In this document: in pieces, positions 1-9,558 of the stretch
Numbering within the stretch: position 1 is the first letter of the stretch
Layout: every line of letters begins with the position of its first letter
Origin: an uncultured Verrucomicrobiae bacterium
Lineage (GTDB): Bacteria > Verrucomicrobiota > Verrucomicrobiia > Chthoniobacterales > JAATET01
Assembly: GCA_963719495.1 (NCBI GenBank)
Contig: CAVRCI010000005.1
Coordinates: forward strand, 160,001 to 224,000
Direction: 5' to 3'
DNA length: 64,000 bases
The notes under the pieces: generated by a model
Told to the model about the DNA's origin: nothing
Seen by the model: only the letters and a program-made list of their open reading frames with translations
The model's database searches: none
Translations under genes and position numbers: made by a program

Positions 1-1
1 C

Positions 2-2734
2 GAACTCCGCCGCGACGTCAACGTCCTCACCGGCCAGCTCGTCTCCAACCTCCCCAACGCCGTCACCGCGCTCCCGCCGGACAATTACGCCGGCTCCATC
101 ACCCTCGACGCCCCCGACCTTTCCACCCTCGTCCCCGGAGTCGGACCCCTCGTCCGCGGGTCCGTCACCGGCTCCGGCCAGCTCGATTACGCCAACCCCG
201 ACCTCGGCGCCAACCTGCAGATCGCCGCCCGGCAGCTTAACTTCCAGGACCTCCAACTCGCCAACGCCGACCTCGCCGTCACCTTCTCGAAAAAACTTCC
301 CCCCCGCGGCGAGAATCAGCCGATCACGAGCGACCTCACCACCAGCCTCGGCGGACGCGCCGCCCGCATCACGTTCCGAAACTACGAAGCCGACGAAGCC
401 CTCATCGAACTCGCTTCGACCGAACAATCCGTCGCGTTGAAAAAACTCGAGCTGAATTACCAAGGCAACTTCATCCGACTCGAAGGCAGCTACGAGGTTC
501 CCGCCGACCCTCAGCAGGTCAACCTCGACCTCCTCGAACTCAAACTCCAAATCGACGCCCCGCGACTCGAAGATTTCGTCCGCGACACCCGCGGCTCCGT
601 CCTCTCGGGCTCGCTCAAAGCCAACGCCGACGTCCACCGCGAAGGCGGCAAGTTTCAAGGCGGCCTCACGGTCGAAGCCACCCAACTCGCCGCCCAGGGA
701 TTTGCCATCCCCGGCATCACCATCGACGCCCCCATCGCCGACGACGTCGCGAATCTCGAAACCTTCGAGATCAACCTCGGCCCAGCCAACTCCATCGAGG
801 CCACCGGCACCGTCAATCTCACCGCCCCCTACGCCTACTCGGGTGACCTCACCATCGACCTCGCCGACCTCACCGCCCTCGTCCCCGCCGACCGCAATCC
901 CAGCAACCTCGGCGGCAAACTCCACCTCACGTGGACCGGCTCCGGCGAAGCCGAAACGTTCGATCACTCCGGCCAATTCGCCGTTCAACTCACCGACGCC
1001 CGCACCGACCAATTCACCGACTTCGACGCCGAGGCGACCGGCAGCTACACCCCGACCGAGCTCACCATCCCCACCCTCACCGCCACCCTCGGCGCCGAGA
1101 AACTCCTCACCGGCCACGTCAATCTCCCCCTCGACCTCCGGAACCAGGACCAGCCCATCCCCCGAGACCGTCCCCTCGACCTCGCCCTCTCGACCCCCAC
1201 CCTCACCGTCGCCCAGCTCGCCAGCCTCGCGAACCAACCCGCCCCGCCCGCCGCCGGATCCGTCCAGCTCGACCTCACCGCCGACGGAACGCTCGACGCC
1301 CTCGACGCCAACCTTCACCTCACCGGCACCGACCTCCAGCCCGCCGACTTCCCGCAATTCGAGCCCGCGAAACTCGACCTCCGCCTCACCGTCGCCAAAG
1401 GCGACGCCCGCTTGGCCGCCGCCATCACCCAACGCCGCCTCGAACCCATCACCATCGAAGGCAACGTCCCCTTCATCCCCGGCGAACCGCTCGACCCGGG
1501 CGCGCCCATCAACCTCCGCTTCGACATCCCCAAGATCGACCTCGCCTTCCTCCCCACGCTCACCCCAGCCATCCGATTCGTCGACGGCCAGGCCTCCGCC
1601 CGCATCGACGTCACCGGCACCATCCGAGAGCCCATCCCCGCCGGCACCGCCGCCCTCCAAATCAAGCGACTCACCCTCGCCGGCGAAGGCCTCCCCGAGC
1701 TCGACACCGTCGACACCCGCTTCGCCTTCACCCGCGAAAAAATCGCGATCACCAACTTCACCGGCCGCGTCTCCGGCGGCGAACTCACCGTCAGCGGTGC
1801 CGCGGACATCCGCGACCCCCGATCCCCCCGGCTCGATTTCGCCGTCGAGGGAGACTCACTCCTCCTCTTCCGCAACCCCGACCTCCTCGCCCGCGCCAAC
1901 GCCAACCTCACCCTGAGCGGCCCGTTGAACTCGGCCAAACTCGCCGGCCACCTCGGCCTCGTCGACAGCCGCCTCTTCAAACAAATCGTCGTCCTCCCCT
2001 TCGGCGCTCCCGGCAAGCGCTCCGCCCCGAAGGCCCCCTCCGGCACGCCGCCCCGACTCAGCTTCCCCGATCCGCCGCTCCGCGATCTCGCCTTCGACGT
2101 CACCATCGGCACCGACACTCCGTTCCTCATCCGCGGCGACCTCGCCAACGGCCGCGCCACCGCCGACCTCCACCTCGGCGGCACCGGACTCGACCCACGC
2201 CTCGAAGGCCGCGCCAACGTCGCCGACCTCATCGTCACCCTCCCCTTCAGCACCCTCGACATCGAATCCGGCGGCGTCTTCTTCAACCCCGACGACCCGC
2301 TCAACCCGATCCTCAACCTCCGCGGCCGCTCCGAACTCCGCGAATACGTCATCACCGTCCTCATCTCCGGCACCGCCAACGACCCCGAGGTCACCTTCAC
2401 CAGCAACCCGCCGCTCCCCCCCGAAGACATCGTCGCCCTGCTCTCCACCGGCGCGACCGCCAAAGAACTCACCGGCGGCACGGACGTCATCGCCGGCCGC
2501 GCCGCCCTCCTCATCCTCCAGCAAGTCTACCAACGCTTCTTCCCCGCCAAGCCCGGCGAGAAGGACAGCTTCCGCGATAAATTCGACCTCGAAGTCGGCG
2601 CCATCGACCCGAAGACCGGCAAGCAAAGCCTCTCCGCCCGCTACCGCCTCACCCCCGCCTTCCACCTCATCGGCGACCTCGACGTCAACGGCGACTTCCG
2701 CGGCCGGTTGCGCTACGTCCTTCGGCTCAAATGA
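2..2734 (+). CDS. tamB: TamB/AsmA-like translocation and assembly module protein (5' truncated by window edge)
   Basis: Frame open from base 2; long beta-rich protein with C-terminal DUF490-like segment (ITVLISGTANDPEVTFTSNPPLPPEDIVALL); adjacent to an Omp85 gene. Confidence 0.8.
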   Translation, partial: ELRRDVNVLTGQLVSNLPNAVTALPPDNYAGSITLDAPDLSTLVPGVGPLVRGSVTGSGQLDYANPDLGANLQIAARQLNFQDLQLANADLAVTFSKKLPPRGENQPITSDLTTSLGGRAARITFRNYEADEALIELASTEQSVALKKLELNYQGNFIRLEGSYEVPADPQQVNLDLLELKLQIDAPRLEDFVRDTRGSVLSGSLKANADVHREGGKFQGGLTVEATQLAAQGFAIPGITIDAPIADDVANLETFEINLGPANSIEATGTVNLTAPYAYSGDLTIDLADLTALVPADRNPSNLGGKLHLTWTGSGEAETFDHSGQFAVQLTDARTDQFTDFDAEATGSYTPTELTIPTLTATLGAEKLLTGHVNLPLDLRNQDQPIPRDRPLDLALSTPTLTVAQLASLANQPAPPAAGSVQLDLTADGTLDALDANLHLTGTDLQPADFPQFEPAKLDLRLTVAKGDARLAAAITQRRLEPITIEGNVPFIPGEPLDPGAPINLRFDIPKIDLAFLPTLTPAIRFVDGQASARIDVTGTIREPIPAGTAALQIKRLTLAGEGLPELDTVDTRFAFTREKIAITNFTGRVSGGELTVSGAADIRDPRSPRLDFAVEGDSLLLFRNPDLLARANANLTLSGPLNSAKLAGHLGLVDSRLFKQIVVLPFGAPGKRSAPKAPSGTPPRLSFPDPPLRDLAFDVTIGTDTPFLIRGDLANGRATADLHLGGTGLDPRLEGRANVADLIVTLPFSTLDIESGGVFFNPDDPLNPILNLRGRSELREYVITVLISGTANDPEVTFTSNPPLPPEDIVALLSTGATAKELTGGTDVIAGRAALLILQQVYQRFFPAKPGEKDSFRDKFDLEVGAIDPKTGKQSLSARYRLTPAFHLIGDLDVNGDFRGRLRYVLRLK

Positions 2735-2742
2735 TCGCCAAC

Positions 2743-2964
2743 TTACGAAACAATTGCCCGATGCACGATGCGGCGAATGTGCGGGTAGGAAATCAAGTGA
2801 GCCAGACCTTCGTCGTCCTCGATCACGAGCGCAAACTTCGTGGCCAAGGCATGATCCGGCGTCGGAATCGACCAAGCGAGATCTTCCGCTACCTCGACCG
2901 CAAACGGTTCGAACGGGGCAGCTTGCAGCAGCGCTCGGATTTGCTCTTTCACGAGGAAACCCAT
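2743..2964 (-). CDS. Small conserved-looking hypothetical protein (~70 aa)
   Basis: KEQIRALLQAAPFEPFAVEVA...SIPTPDHA pattern resembles a small-protein family I recognise from PVC bacteria; fills the tamB-tamA gap; start is ATG 2964 or GTG 2952. Confidence 0.6.
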   Translation of the reverse strand: MGFLVKEQIRALLQAAPFEPFAVEVAEDLAWSIPTPDHALATKFALVIEDDEGLAHLISYPHIRRIVHRAIVS

Positions 2965-2993
2965 ACCTCGAAACTCCGGAATCCGCAACGCGC

Positions 2994-5054
2994 ATGAGCC
3001 ACTGGAGATTCTTGGCGCTCTCCGCGTTCTTCGCGGTCCAAACGCATTCCCACGCCGCAACGGTCGAGTTTCGAGGCAACGAACTTCTCGCCGATTCCAC
3101 TCTCAGCGAGAACGTCGCCGAGCAGATTATCCAGATTGAATCCGAAGGCCTCACCCCCGCCCGAGCCGATGACCTGACTTACTTCACCGGCCTGACCTAC
3201 CGCGACAACGGCTTCCTGGCTCCTACCGTCACGCCGCAAACTTCCGGAGACACCCTCACACTCCACATCAACGAAGGTCCACGCACCGAGCTCGTTGCGA
3301 CGCCCATCAAGGGCGCGACCGCCTACAGCGAAACGAAACTCGAGGATTACATCCTTGGGCCAACCCGTGAGAACGTCACCGGCGACGACCTCCCCTACGT
3401 CCCGGCTCAACTGTCCGCGGGCCTCGCCAATCTCCGTGGTCTCTACCTGAGCGACGGCTACCTCGACGTCGAGATCGATGAACCTAGGATTACCTTCAAC
3501 GTCCCCCGCACCGAGGCCCGCGCAACGATCACGATCCGCGAAGGCAAACCCTACACCTTCGGCCCGATCACCATCCTCGGCAGCACCGCCGTCCCCGCCG
3601 AAACGATCCGCGAAGCCATCGCCGACCTCATCACCCAACCCTACAGCGAAGCCCGCGTCCGCCTGATCGAAGAACGAATCGCCTACGAATTCCAAAAAGC
3701 GGGCTATTACGAAGCGCGCGTTTCAAGGAGCGGCGATTTGCAATCGCCGACCCAACCCAAAGGCGAAGCCTCAAATCTACCCACCAGTCACCAATCACCA
3801 GTCACCAATCACCAGCTCCAAATCCCCCTCACCCTCACAATAACCCCCGCCCCCCCATTCCGCTTCGGCCAGGCGACCGTCACCGGCACCACCCGCCTCC
3901 GCCCATCCTTCGTCCGCAAACGCTTCGGCACCCTCACCGGCAAGCTCTACAACCCCGACGCCCTCAACCGCATCTTCCAGCGCCAACTCGGCACCGGCCT
4001 CTACAACCAACTCCGAGTCCGCCAACTTCCAACCTCGCCACCCCCCACCCCCGGCACCGTCGACTTGGCGATCGAAGTCGAGGAAGCCCCCAGCCAGGAA
4101 ATCGGATTCTCCGTCGGCTACGGGACGTTCGAAGGCGCGGGCGGCGGCATCCGCTTCGTCGAGCGCAACCTCTTCGGCACCGGTCGCCCGCTCACCGCCT
4201 CCATCGAGGCCACCCAGCGCACCTTCGGAGCCGACCTCACCCTCGACGACCCCTGGTTCCTCGAACGCGACGACCTCGCCCTCCAGCTCCGCGCCTACGC
4301 CCTCACCCGCCGCCTCGAAGGCTACACGAAGAACGAACTTGGCTTCCGCCCCGAGCTCACGCTCACCGTCACCCCCCGCTTCACCACGTCCGCCTTCCTC
4401 CTCACCAAGGGCGTTTCCATCGACGACGAAGGCATCAGCGACGACCTCATCGGCCGCACCCCCTACCTCGCGAACAGCGTCGGCCTCACCGCCGTTTACG
4501 ACACCCGCGACAACCCGCTGAACCCCGACCAGGGCTTCGTCCTCGGCACCACCGCCGACGCGGCCACCCGCGTCCTCGGTAGCGACGTCAGCTTCGCCCG
4601 CATCACCGCCCGCGCCGCCTACTACCTCCCGATCGGCGACACCCTCCTCGCCTTCGGAGTCCGCGGCGGCATCATGACCCCGATCGAAGGCGATTCCGGC
4701 GTGCCCATCGACGAACGATTTTTCAACGGCGGCGCGTCCTCCGTCCGCAGTTTCGCCGACCGCGAACTCGGCCCCCACAACAACGGCTACCCGACCGGCG
4801 GCCAGACCTTCACCGTCTTCAACCTCGAATACGTCATCCCCGTTATCGACTCGCTCAAAGCCGCCGTCTTCGTCGACGCCGGCAGCGTCGGTCAATCGAC
4901 CAGAGACTTCGGCATCCTCCGCACCGGCGTCGGGGCCGGTCTGCGCTACGACCTCCCCATCGGCCCCATCCGCCTAGACGCCGCCCTCAACCCCAACCCG
5001 CGCCCCGGCGAAGCCATCGGAGCCATCCACTTCACCATCGGTCTGGCCTTTTAA
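2994..5054 (+). CDS. BamA/TamA (Omp85) family outer membrane protein
   Basis: Signal peptide, POTRA-like repeats, ERFFNGGASSVRSF motif, GLRYDLPIGPIRLD, C-terminal Phe. Confidence 0.9.
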   Translation: MSHWRFLALSAFFAVQTHSHAATVEFRGNELLADSTLSENVAEQIIQIESEGLTPARADDLTYFTGLTYRDNGFLAPTVTPQTSGDTLTLHINEGPRTELVATPIKGATAYSETKLEDYILGPTRENVTGDDLPYVPAQLSAGLANLRGLYLSDGYLDVEIDEPRITFNVPRTEARATITIREGKPYTFGPITILGSTAVPAETIREAIADLITQPYSEARVRLIEERIAYEFQKAGYYEARVSRSGDLQSPTQPKGEASNLPTSHQSPVTNHQLQIPLTLTITPAPPFRFGQATVTGTTRLRPSFVRKRFGTLTGKLYNPDALNRIFQRQLGTGLYNQLRVRQLPTSPPPTPGTVDLAIEVEEAPSQEIGFSVGYGTFEGAGGGIRFVERNLFGTGRPLTASIEATQRTFGADLTLDDPWFLERDDLALQLRAYALTRRLEGYTKNELGFRPELTLTVTPRFTTSAFLLTKGVSIDDEGISDDLIGRTPYLANSVGLTAVYDTRDNPLNPDQGFVLGTTADAATRVLGSDVSFARITARAAYYLPIGDTLLAFGVRGGIMTPIEGDSGVPIDERFFNGGASSVRSFADRELGPHNNGYPTGGQTFTVFNLEYVIPVIDSLKAAVFVDAGSVGQSTRDFGILRTGVGAGLRYDLPIGPIRLDAALNPNPRPGEAIGAIHFTIGLAF

Positions 5055-5100
5055 ATCTCACATTCGCGTCCATTCGCGTGTTTAGCGGGCAACGAATTGA

Positions 5101-6216
5101 TCACCGCCCCGCCCGCCGGCTCGGACTCTTCCCCCGCTCGGCCCGCCGAGCGATCCCGTCCAACACCGCCGAAACCTGACGAAATTCCTCGCGCGCCACC
5201 ACCAGCGTCCGTTCCAACTCCCGCCGACGCTTCTCCTCGATCTTTGCGCGCTTCTTCGTCAGCCGCCGAAACCCCCACGCCGCCTGCCGCTTCGCCCGAT
5301 TTGTCGCCTTCTTCATCTCGACCAAAGCCCGCCCGAGTTCCGCCGTCATCCGTCTGAGCGTCCCCACCGGCAACCCAGCCGCATCCCCGCCATCCCCCAT
5401 TTCCACCCGACCCGCCGCCGCCTCGAGCCGCTCGAGATCACCCGATTGGTAAGCCGCCTGCACCTCGTGCCACAGCTCCCGCTCACGCGCGCTCAACTCC
5501 GCCTTCCCGTCCGGGTGCAGCCGACGCACCAACTTTCGGTAGAGCGTTTTCAACCGACGGTCCACCGGCACCTCCGCCGAAACCTCGTCCCCTGCCCGTC
5601 GCGCTCCACCCAACCTCGCCCGCTCGCGATCCAACGCCTCATCCAGATTCGGCGCCCGCCGTCCCGTCATGGTTTCATACATCGATCCCATGAAGTCATA
5701 CTGCTCCCGAAATTCCCGCTGCTTCCGCGCCGACATCGAATCGAACTCCGCCACGTCGAAATCCGGCGGCAAATCCCCGTCACCAAACATACCCCGCGGC
5801 CCTTCATCCCGCCCGTCCTCTCGGGAACCATCCTCCGCGCTCTCGTCCCCCTCACCCCGAGCTTCCCGCTCTCGTCCCGCCATCACGCGCCGGTAAGCCG
5901 TCACCTCCGAACACTCCGTCCAGCGCATCTCATCCTCGATTTCTTCTAAAACCCACCCCTTCTCCGCAACTCCACTCTCGAGCTCCCGAATCTCTGTCAT
6001 GAGCACTCCGAACGTCCGCGCTTCCCACTCCGCGAAGGCGGGCACGTCGCGCGTCTCGAAGACCTCCATTCCCTCCCGCAATTTTCCCAACTCCCGTTCC
6101 GCCGCTCGGTAAGCTCGCAACTCCGCCTCCCGGATCGGGCTTTCATCCACCCACACGAGCCACCAACCCGACCGATCCACGCCCGTTTTCCGGGAATTTC
6201 TCCGTTTCGCCGCCAC
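5101..6216 (-). CDS. J-domain (DnaJ-like, class C) coiled-coil protein
   Basis: LKTLYRKLVRRLHPD J-domain motif within coiled-coil regions. Confidence 0.75.
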   Translation of the reverse strand: MAAKRRNSRKTGVDRSGWWLVWVDESPIREAELRAYRAAERELGKLREGMEVFETRDVPAFAEWEARTFGVLMTEIRELESGVAEKGWVLEEIEDEMRWTECSEVTAYRRVMAGREREARGEGDESAEDGSREDGRDEGPRGMFGDGDLPPDFDVAEFDSMSARKQREFREQYDFMGSMYETMTGRRAPNLDEALDRERARLGGARRAGDEVSAEVPVDRRLKTLYRKLVRRLHPDGKAELSARERELWHEVQAAYQSGDLERLEAAAGRVEMGDGGDAAGLPVGTLRRMTAELGRALVEMKKATNRAKRQAAWGFRRLTKKRAKIEEKRRRELERTLVVAREEFRQVSAVLDGIARRAERGKSPSRRAGR

Positions 6217-6321
6217 CCCTCACACCTCACCCAATCTTCCGCCCGACCGCAACTCCTTCCCCAGAGCCCCCGCTTTTATCGTTCCCGCCGACGCCCAATC
6301 TGATTCCGTAAAGCCCGTCCC

Positions 6322-7173
6322 ATGTTCCGCCGCCACGTGATCACCGTCCCCATCCTCCTCGTCGGCGGCTACCTCGCCATTTGCGTCCTCCTCTACTTCC
6401 GCCAAGACAGCCTGATCTTTTTCCCGCGCCGCGCCACGGAGGCCGAACTCGATCCCGCCGCCCGCGCCGCCGGATTCTCGGCCTGGGTCAACGCCCAGGG
6501 CGATCGAATCGGGTGGCAATCCGCGTCCGGCAACCCCGCCGACGCCCTCCTCATCTGCCACGGCAACGGCGGCTACGCGCTGCACCGGAATTATTTCGCC
6601 TACTCCACCACCGCCACCAGCGGCACGCTCCCACCCAAAGTCTTCCTGCTCGAATACCCCGGCTACGGCGCGCGCCCCGGCACCCCCTCCGAGGCCAGCC
6701 TTACCGCCGCCGCCATCGAAGCCGTCGACACCCTCGCCGCCGAACCCAACCGCCGCCTCACTCTCCTCGGTCAATCCCTCGGCTCCGGTGTTGCCAGCGC
6801 CGCCGCCCACGCGCGCCCCGCCGCCATCGACGCCCTCATCCTCGTCACCCCCTTCGACTCCCTCGTCCACGCCGCCCACTCCCACTACCCCTGGCTCCCC
6901 GTCCCGTGGCTCATCCGCCACCGCTTCGATTCCGTCAAAAATCTAAAAGCGTTCCCCGGCCCCACCGCCTTCCTCGTCGCCGCCGACGACCAAACGATCC
7001 CCGCCACCCTCGGCCAGTCGCTCTTCGACACCTACCCCGGCACCAAACGCCTCTGGCTCATCCCCGAAGCCCACCACAACGACACCGACCGCCTCCTCGC
7101 CGACTGGCCGACGATCTGGACGTGGCTCCAAAACAAGCCAAAATCGAAATTCCAAAATCGAAAATCCCCGTGA
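6322..7173 (+). CDS. Alpha/beta hydrolase with N-terminal membrane anchor
   Basis: HGNGG, EYPGYG, GQSLG nucleophile elbow, Asp and His (AHHND) triad candidates. Confidence 0.9.
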   Translation: MFRRHVITVPILLVGGYLAICVLLYFRQDSLIFFPRRATEAELDPAARAAGFSAWVNAQGDRIGWQSASGNPADALLICHGNGGYALHRNYFAYSTTATSGTLPPKVFLLEYPGYGARPGTPSEASLTAAAIEAVDTLAAEPNRRLTLLGQSLGSGVASAAAHARPAAIDALILVTPFDSLVHAAHSHYPWLPVPWLIRHRFDSVKNLKAFPGPTAFLVAADDQTIPATLGQSLFDTYPGTKRLWLIPEAHHNDTDRLLADWPTIWTWLQNKPKSKFQNRKSP

Positions 7174-8189
7174 TCATCCGCACCACCGCCTACCCCCGCG
7201 CCGGCCTCATCGGCAATCCCTCCGACGGCTACTTCGGCAAGACCATCGCCTTCGCCTTCACGAATTTCTCGGCCACCATCGAACTCTGGGAATCGCCCGA
7301 TCTGGAACTCCTCCCCTCCCGCCGCGACCACTCCGTCTTCGCCAGCGTCGCCGACCTCCACGAAGACGTCAAAAAACACGGCTACTACGGCGGCTTCCGC
7401 CTCCTCAAAGCTTCCGTCAAAGCCTTCTACGACTACTGCCAATCCCGCGGCATCAAGTTCGACGACCGCAACTTCACGATGCGCTACGCCTCCGACATCC
7501 CGAACCGGGTCGGCCTCGCCGGCTCCAGCGCCCTCATCACCGCCTGCATCCGCGCCCTCATGGGATTCTACAACGTCACCATGCCCCGCCACGCCCTCGC
7601 CAGCGTCGTCCTCTCCGTCGAGAACACCGAACTTGCCATCCCCGCCGGCCTCCAGGACCGCGTCGCCCAAGCCTACCAGACCCTCACCTACATGGACTTC
7701 TCCCGCGACCTCATCGAAGGCCGCGGCTACGGCCACTACGAGCCCCTCGACACCACTCTCCTCCCCCCCGTCTACGTCGCCTACCGCGAAGACCTCTCCG
7801 AAGGCACCGAAGTCTTCCACAACAACCTCCGCGCCCGCTGGCTCGCCAACGACCCCGAAGTCGTCGACGCCATGGCCCACTGGGCCGACCTCACCACGCA
7901 ATTCCGCGACGCCCTCCTCGCCAAAGACCACGCCACCATCCACCGCGTCATCGATGCAAACTTCGACAAACGCGCCAGCCTCTACGACGTCGGCGAAGGC
8001 AACCGCGACATGATCGCCACCGCCCGCCGCACCGGAGCCAGCGCCAAATTCGCCGGCAGCGGCGGAGCCATCGTCGGCACCTACGAAGACGAAAAAATGC
8101 TCGCCGAGCTGGAGAAAGCCTTCGCTCCGAAATCCATCCGCGTCATCCGCCCAACCATCGCCCCACCCCTCCCGCGAGAGATGAAATGA
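7170..8189 (+). CDS. GHMP kinase, glucuronokinase-like
   Basis: GTG start overlaps previous stop; RAGLIGNPSDGYFGKTI, IPNRVGLAGSSA (GHMP ATP loop), AGLQDRVAQ, KFAGSGGA. Confidence 0.85.
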   Translation: MIIRTTAYPRAGLIGNPSDGYFGKTIAFAFTNFSATIELWESPDLELLPSRRDHSVFASVADLHEDVKKHGYYGGFRLLKASVKAFYDYCQSRGIKFDDRNFTMRYASDIPNRVGLAGSSALITACIRALMGFYNVTMPRHALASVVLSVENTELAIPAGLQDRVAQAYQTLTYMDFSRDLIEGRGYGHYEPLDTTLLPPVYVAYREDLSEGTEVFHNNLRARWLANDPEVVDAMAHWADLTTQFRDALLAKDHATIHRVIDANFDKRASLYDVGEGNRDMIATARRTGASAKFAGSGGAIVGTYEDEKMLAELEKAFAPKSIRVIRPTIAPPLPREMK

Positions 8190-8322
8190 GTCCAAGGTCC
8201 CAAGTCGGAAAGTCATTTTTGAATCGCTGGTGCGATTGAGCTCAAGGAGCGGCGGGTTGACTTCGTCGGTCTCCGCTTCGCTCCGGCTCCAGCCGCCCAT
8301 CCAACCCAAGCGCGAAGCGCCA

Positions 8323-8418
8323 CTTCCGACCTTCCGACCTTCCGACTTTCCGACTTTCCGACTTTCCGACCTTCCGACCTTCCGACTTTCCGACTTTCCG
8401 ACTTTCCGACCTTCCGAC
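8323..8418 (+). repeat. Octamer tandem array (C/T)TTCCGAC x12
   Basis: Read directly; degenerate units also at about 8515-8552. Confidence 0.95.
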
Positions 8419-8427
8419 CCACCGACG

Positions 8428-8517
8428 TTGACTCGCTCGCTCCCGCTCGTCTCGCCCTCCGGGCTGCACCGCAGAGCCGATGCAGTCGGCCCCGAGCCTT
8501 CCCAGGCTCCGGTGCTC
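8428..8517. repeat. 90-bp structured dispersed repeat, copy 1
   Basis: Aligns without gaps to 54647-54736. Confidence 0.85.
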
Positions 8518-8557
8518 TGACCTTCAGACTTTCCGACATTTAGACCTTCGACCAAAA

Positions 8558-9391
8558 ATGAAAGCCATCATCCCCGCCGCCGGCCTCGGCACCCGCTTCC
8601 TCCCCATCGCCAAATGCGTCCCCAAGGAGATGCTCCCCGTCGGTGACCGGCCCGTCATCCACTACGTCGTCGCGGAAGCCGCCGCCGCCGGATTCGACGA
8701 GATCCTTCTCATCCTCAGCCGCGGCAAGGAAATGATCGCCCAATACTTCACGCCCCACCCCGAACTCGAACGCCACCTCGAACGAACCGGAAAAACCGCC
8801 GCCCTCGAAGCCGTCCGCGCCACCAGTCAGTTCGGGACCATCCACTCGATCTACCAGCCCGAGATGCGCGGCCTCGGCGACGCCATCCGGCTCGCCCGCT
8901 CGTTCGTTGGTCGCGACGAAGCCTTCGCCGTCCTCCTCGGCGACACCATCATGCACCGCGCCTCCCCGCTCCCCGCCATGCGCGCCGCCTGGGACCGCCA
9001 CCACAAATCCAGCGTCTGCCTCGAACCCTGCCCCCCCGACCGCGTCTCCCGCTACGGCATCGCCGGCGGACGCCAATTCGACCCCGACACCTTCGACCTC
9101 GACCACCTCGTCGAGAAGCCCGCCCCCGACGCCGCCCCCCAACTCACCGCTCCCGACGGCACACCGCTCCCGCCCCACGCCTTCGCCGCCCGCTACCTCT
9201 TCGCCACCTCGATCTTCGACGACCTCGACGCCACGCCCCCCGGCCACGGCGGCGAAATCCAACTCACCGACGCCATGAAACCCCTCCGCGCCCGCGACGG
9301 CCTCCTCGGCGTCCGCTGGCCCGGCCAACGCCTCGACATCGGCAACCCCACCGGCCTCATCGAAGCCGCCATCGCGATGGACAAGGACTGA
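8558..9391 (+). CDS. galU: GalU-like UTP:sugar-1-phosphate uridylyltransferase
   Basis: AAGLGTRFLP...PKEMLP, LVEKP, GEIQLTDA motifs. Confidence 0.85.
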   Translation: MKAIIPAAGLGTRFLPIAKCVPKEMLPVGDRPVIHYVVAEAAAAGFDEILLILSRGKEMIAQYFTPHPELERHLERTGKTAALEAVRATSQFGTIHSIYQPEMRGLGDAIRLARSFVGRDEAFAVLLGDTIMHRASPLPAMRAAWDRHHKSSVCLEPCPPDRVSRYGIAGGRQFDPDTFDLDHLVEKPAPDAAPQLTAPDGTPLPPHAFAARYLFATSIFDDLDATPPGHGGEIQLTDAMKPLRARDGLLGVRWPGQRLDIGNPTGLIEAAIAMDKD

Positions 9392-9512
9392 CAAAGTCTC
9401 TCGCGGTCACGCGACAGACCCGGACGCCAGCCGACCATCGAGTTTTTTACCATCCATTCCCGCCGCTCCGCCCGAACTCCCGGTGACTTTCCTTGCGGCC
9501 CATGCGGCCAAC

Positions 9513-9527
9513 TGGCACGTTCCCTGC
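9513..9527 (+). promoter_or_regulatory. Candidate sigma-54 (-24/-12) promoter
   Basis: TGGCACGTTCCCTGC has GG-N10-GC spacing, about 30 nt upstream of ATG 9559. Confidence 0.55.
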
Positions 9528-9558
9528 GTTCATTGTCGCAACCAACCGAATAAAAATT

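Noticed and set aside
702..2580. Long alternative-frame ORFs rich in Pro/Ser/Arg/His (also 11492-14392, 27260-28930, 38149-39906 and many antisense ORFs)
   Set aside because: Shadow frames produced by high GC and C-skewed codon usage; they overlap well-supported genes and carry no motifs.
8213..8539. ORFs with repeated KVGKSESR or FPTFRLSD peptides
   Set aside because: These are translations of the stop-free octamer array, with no evidence of being genes.
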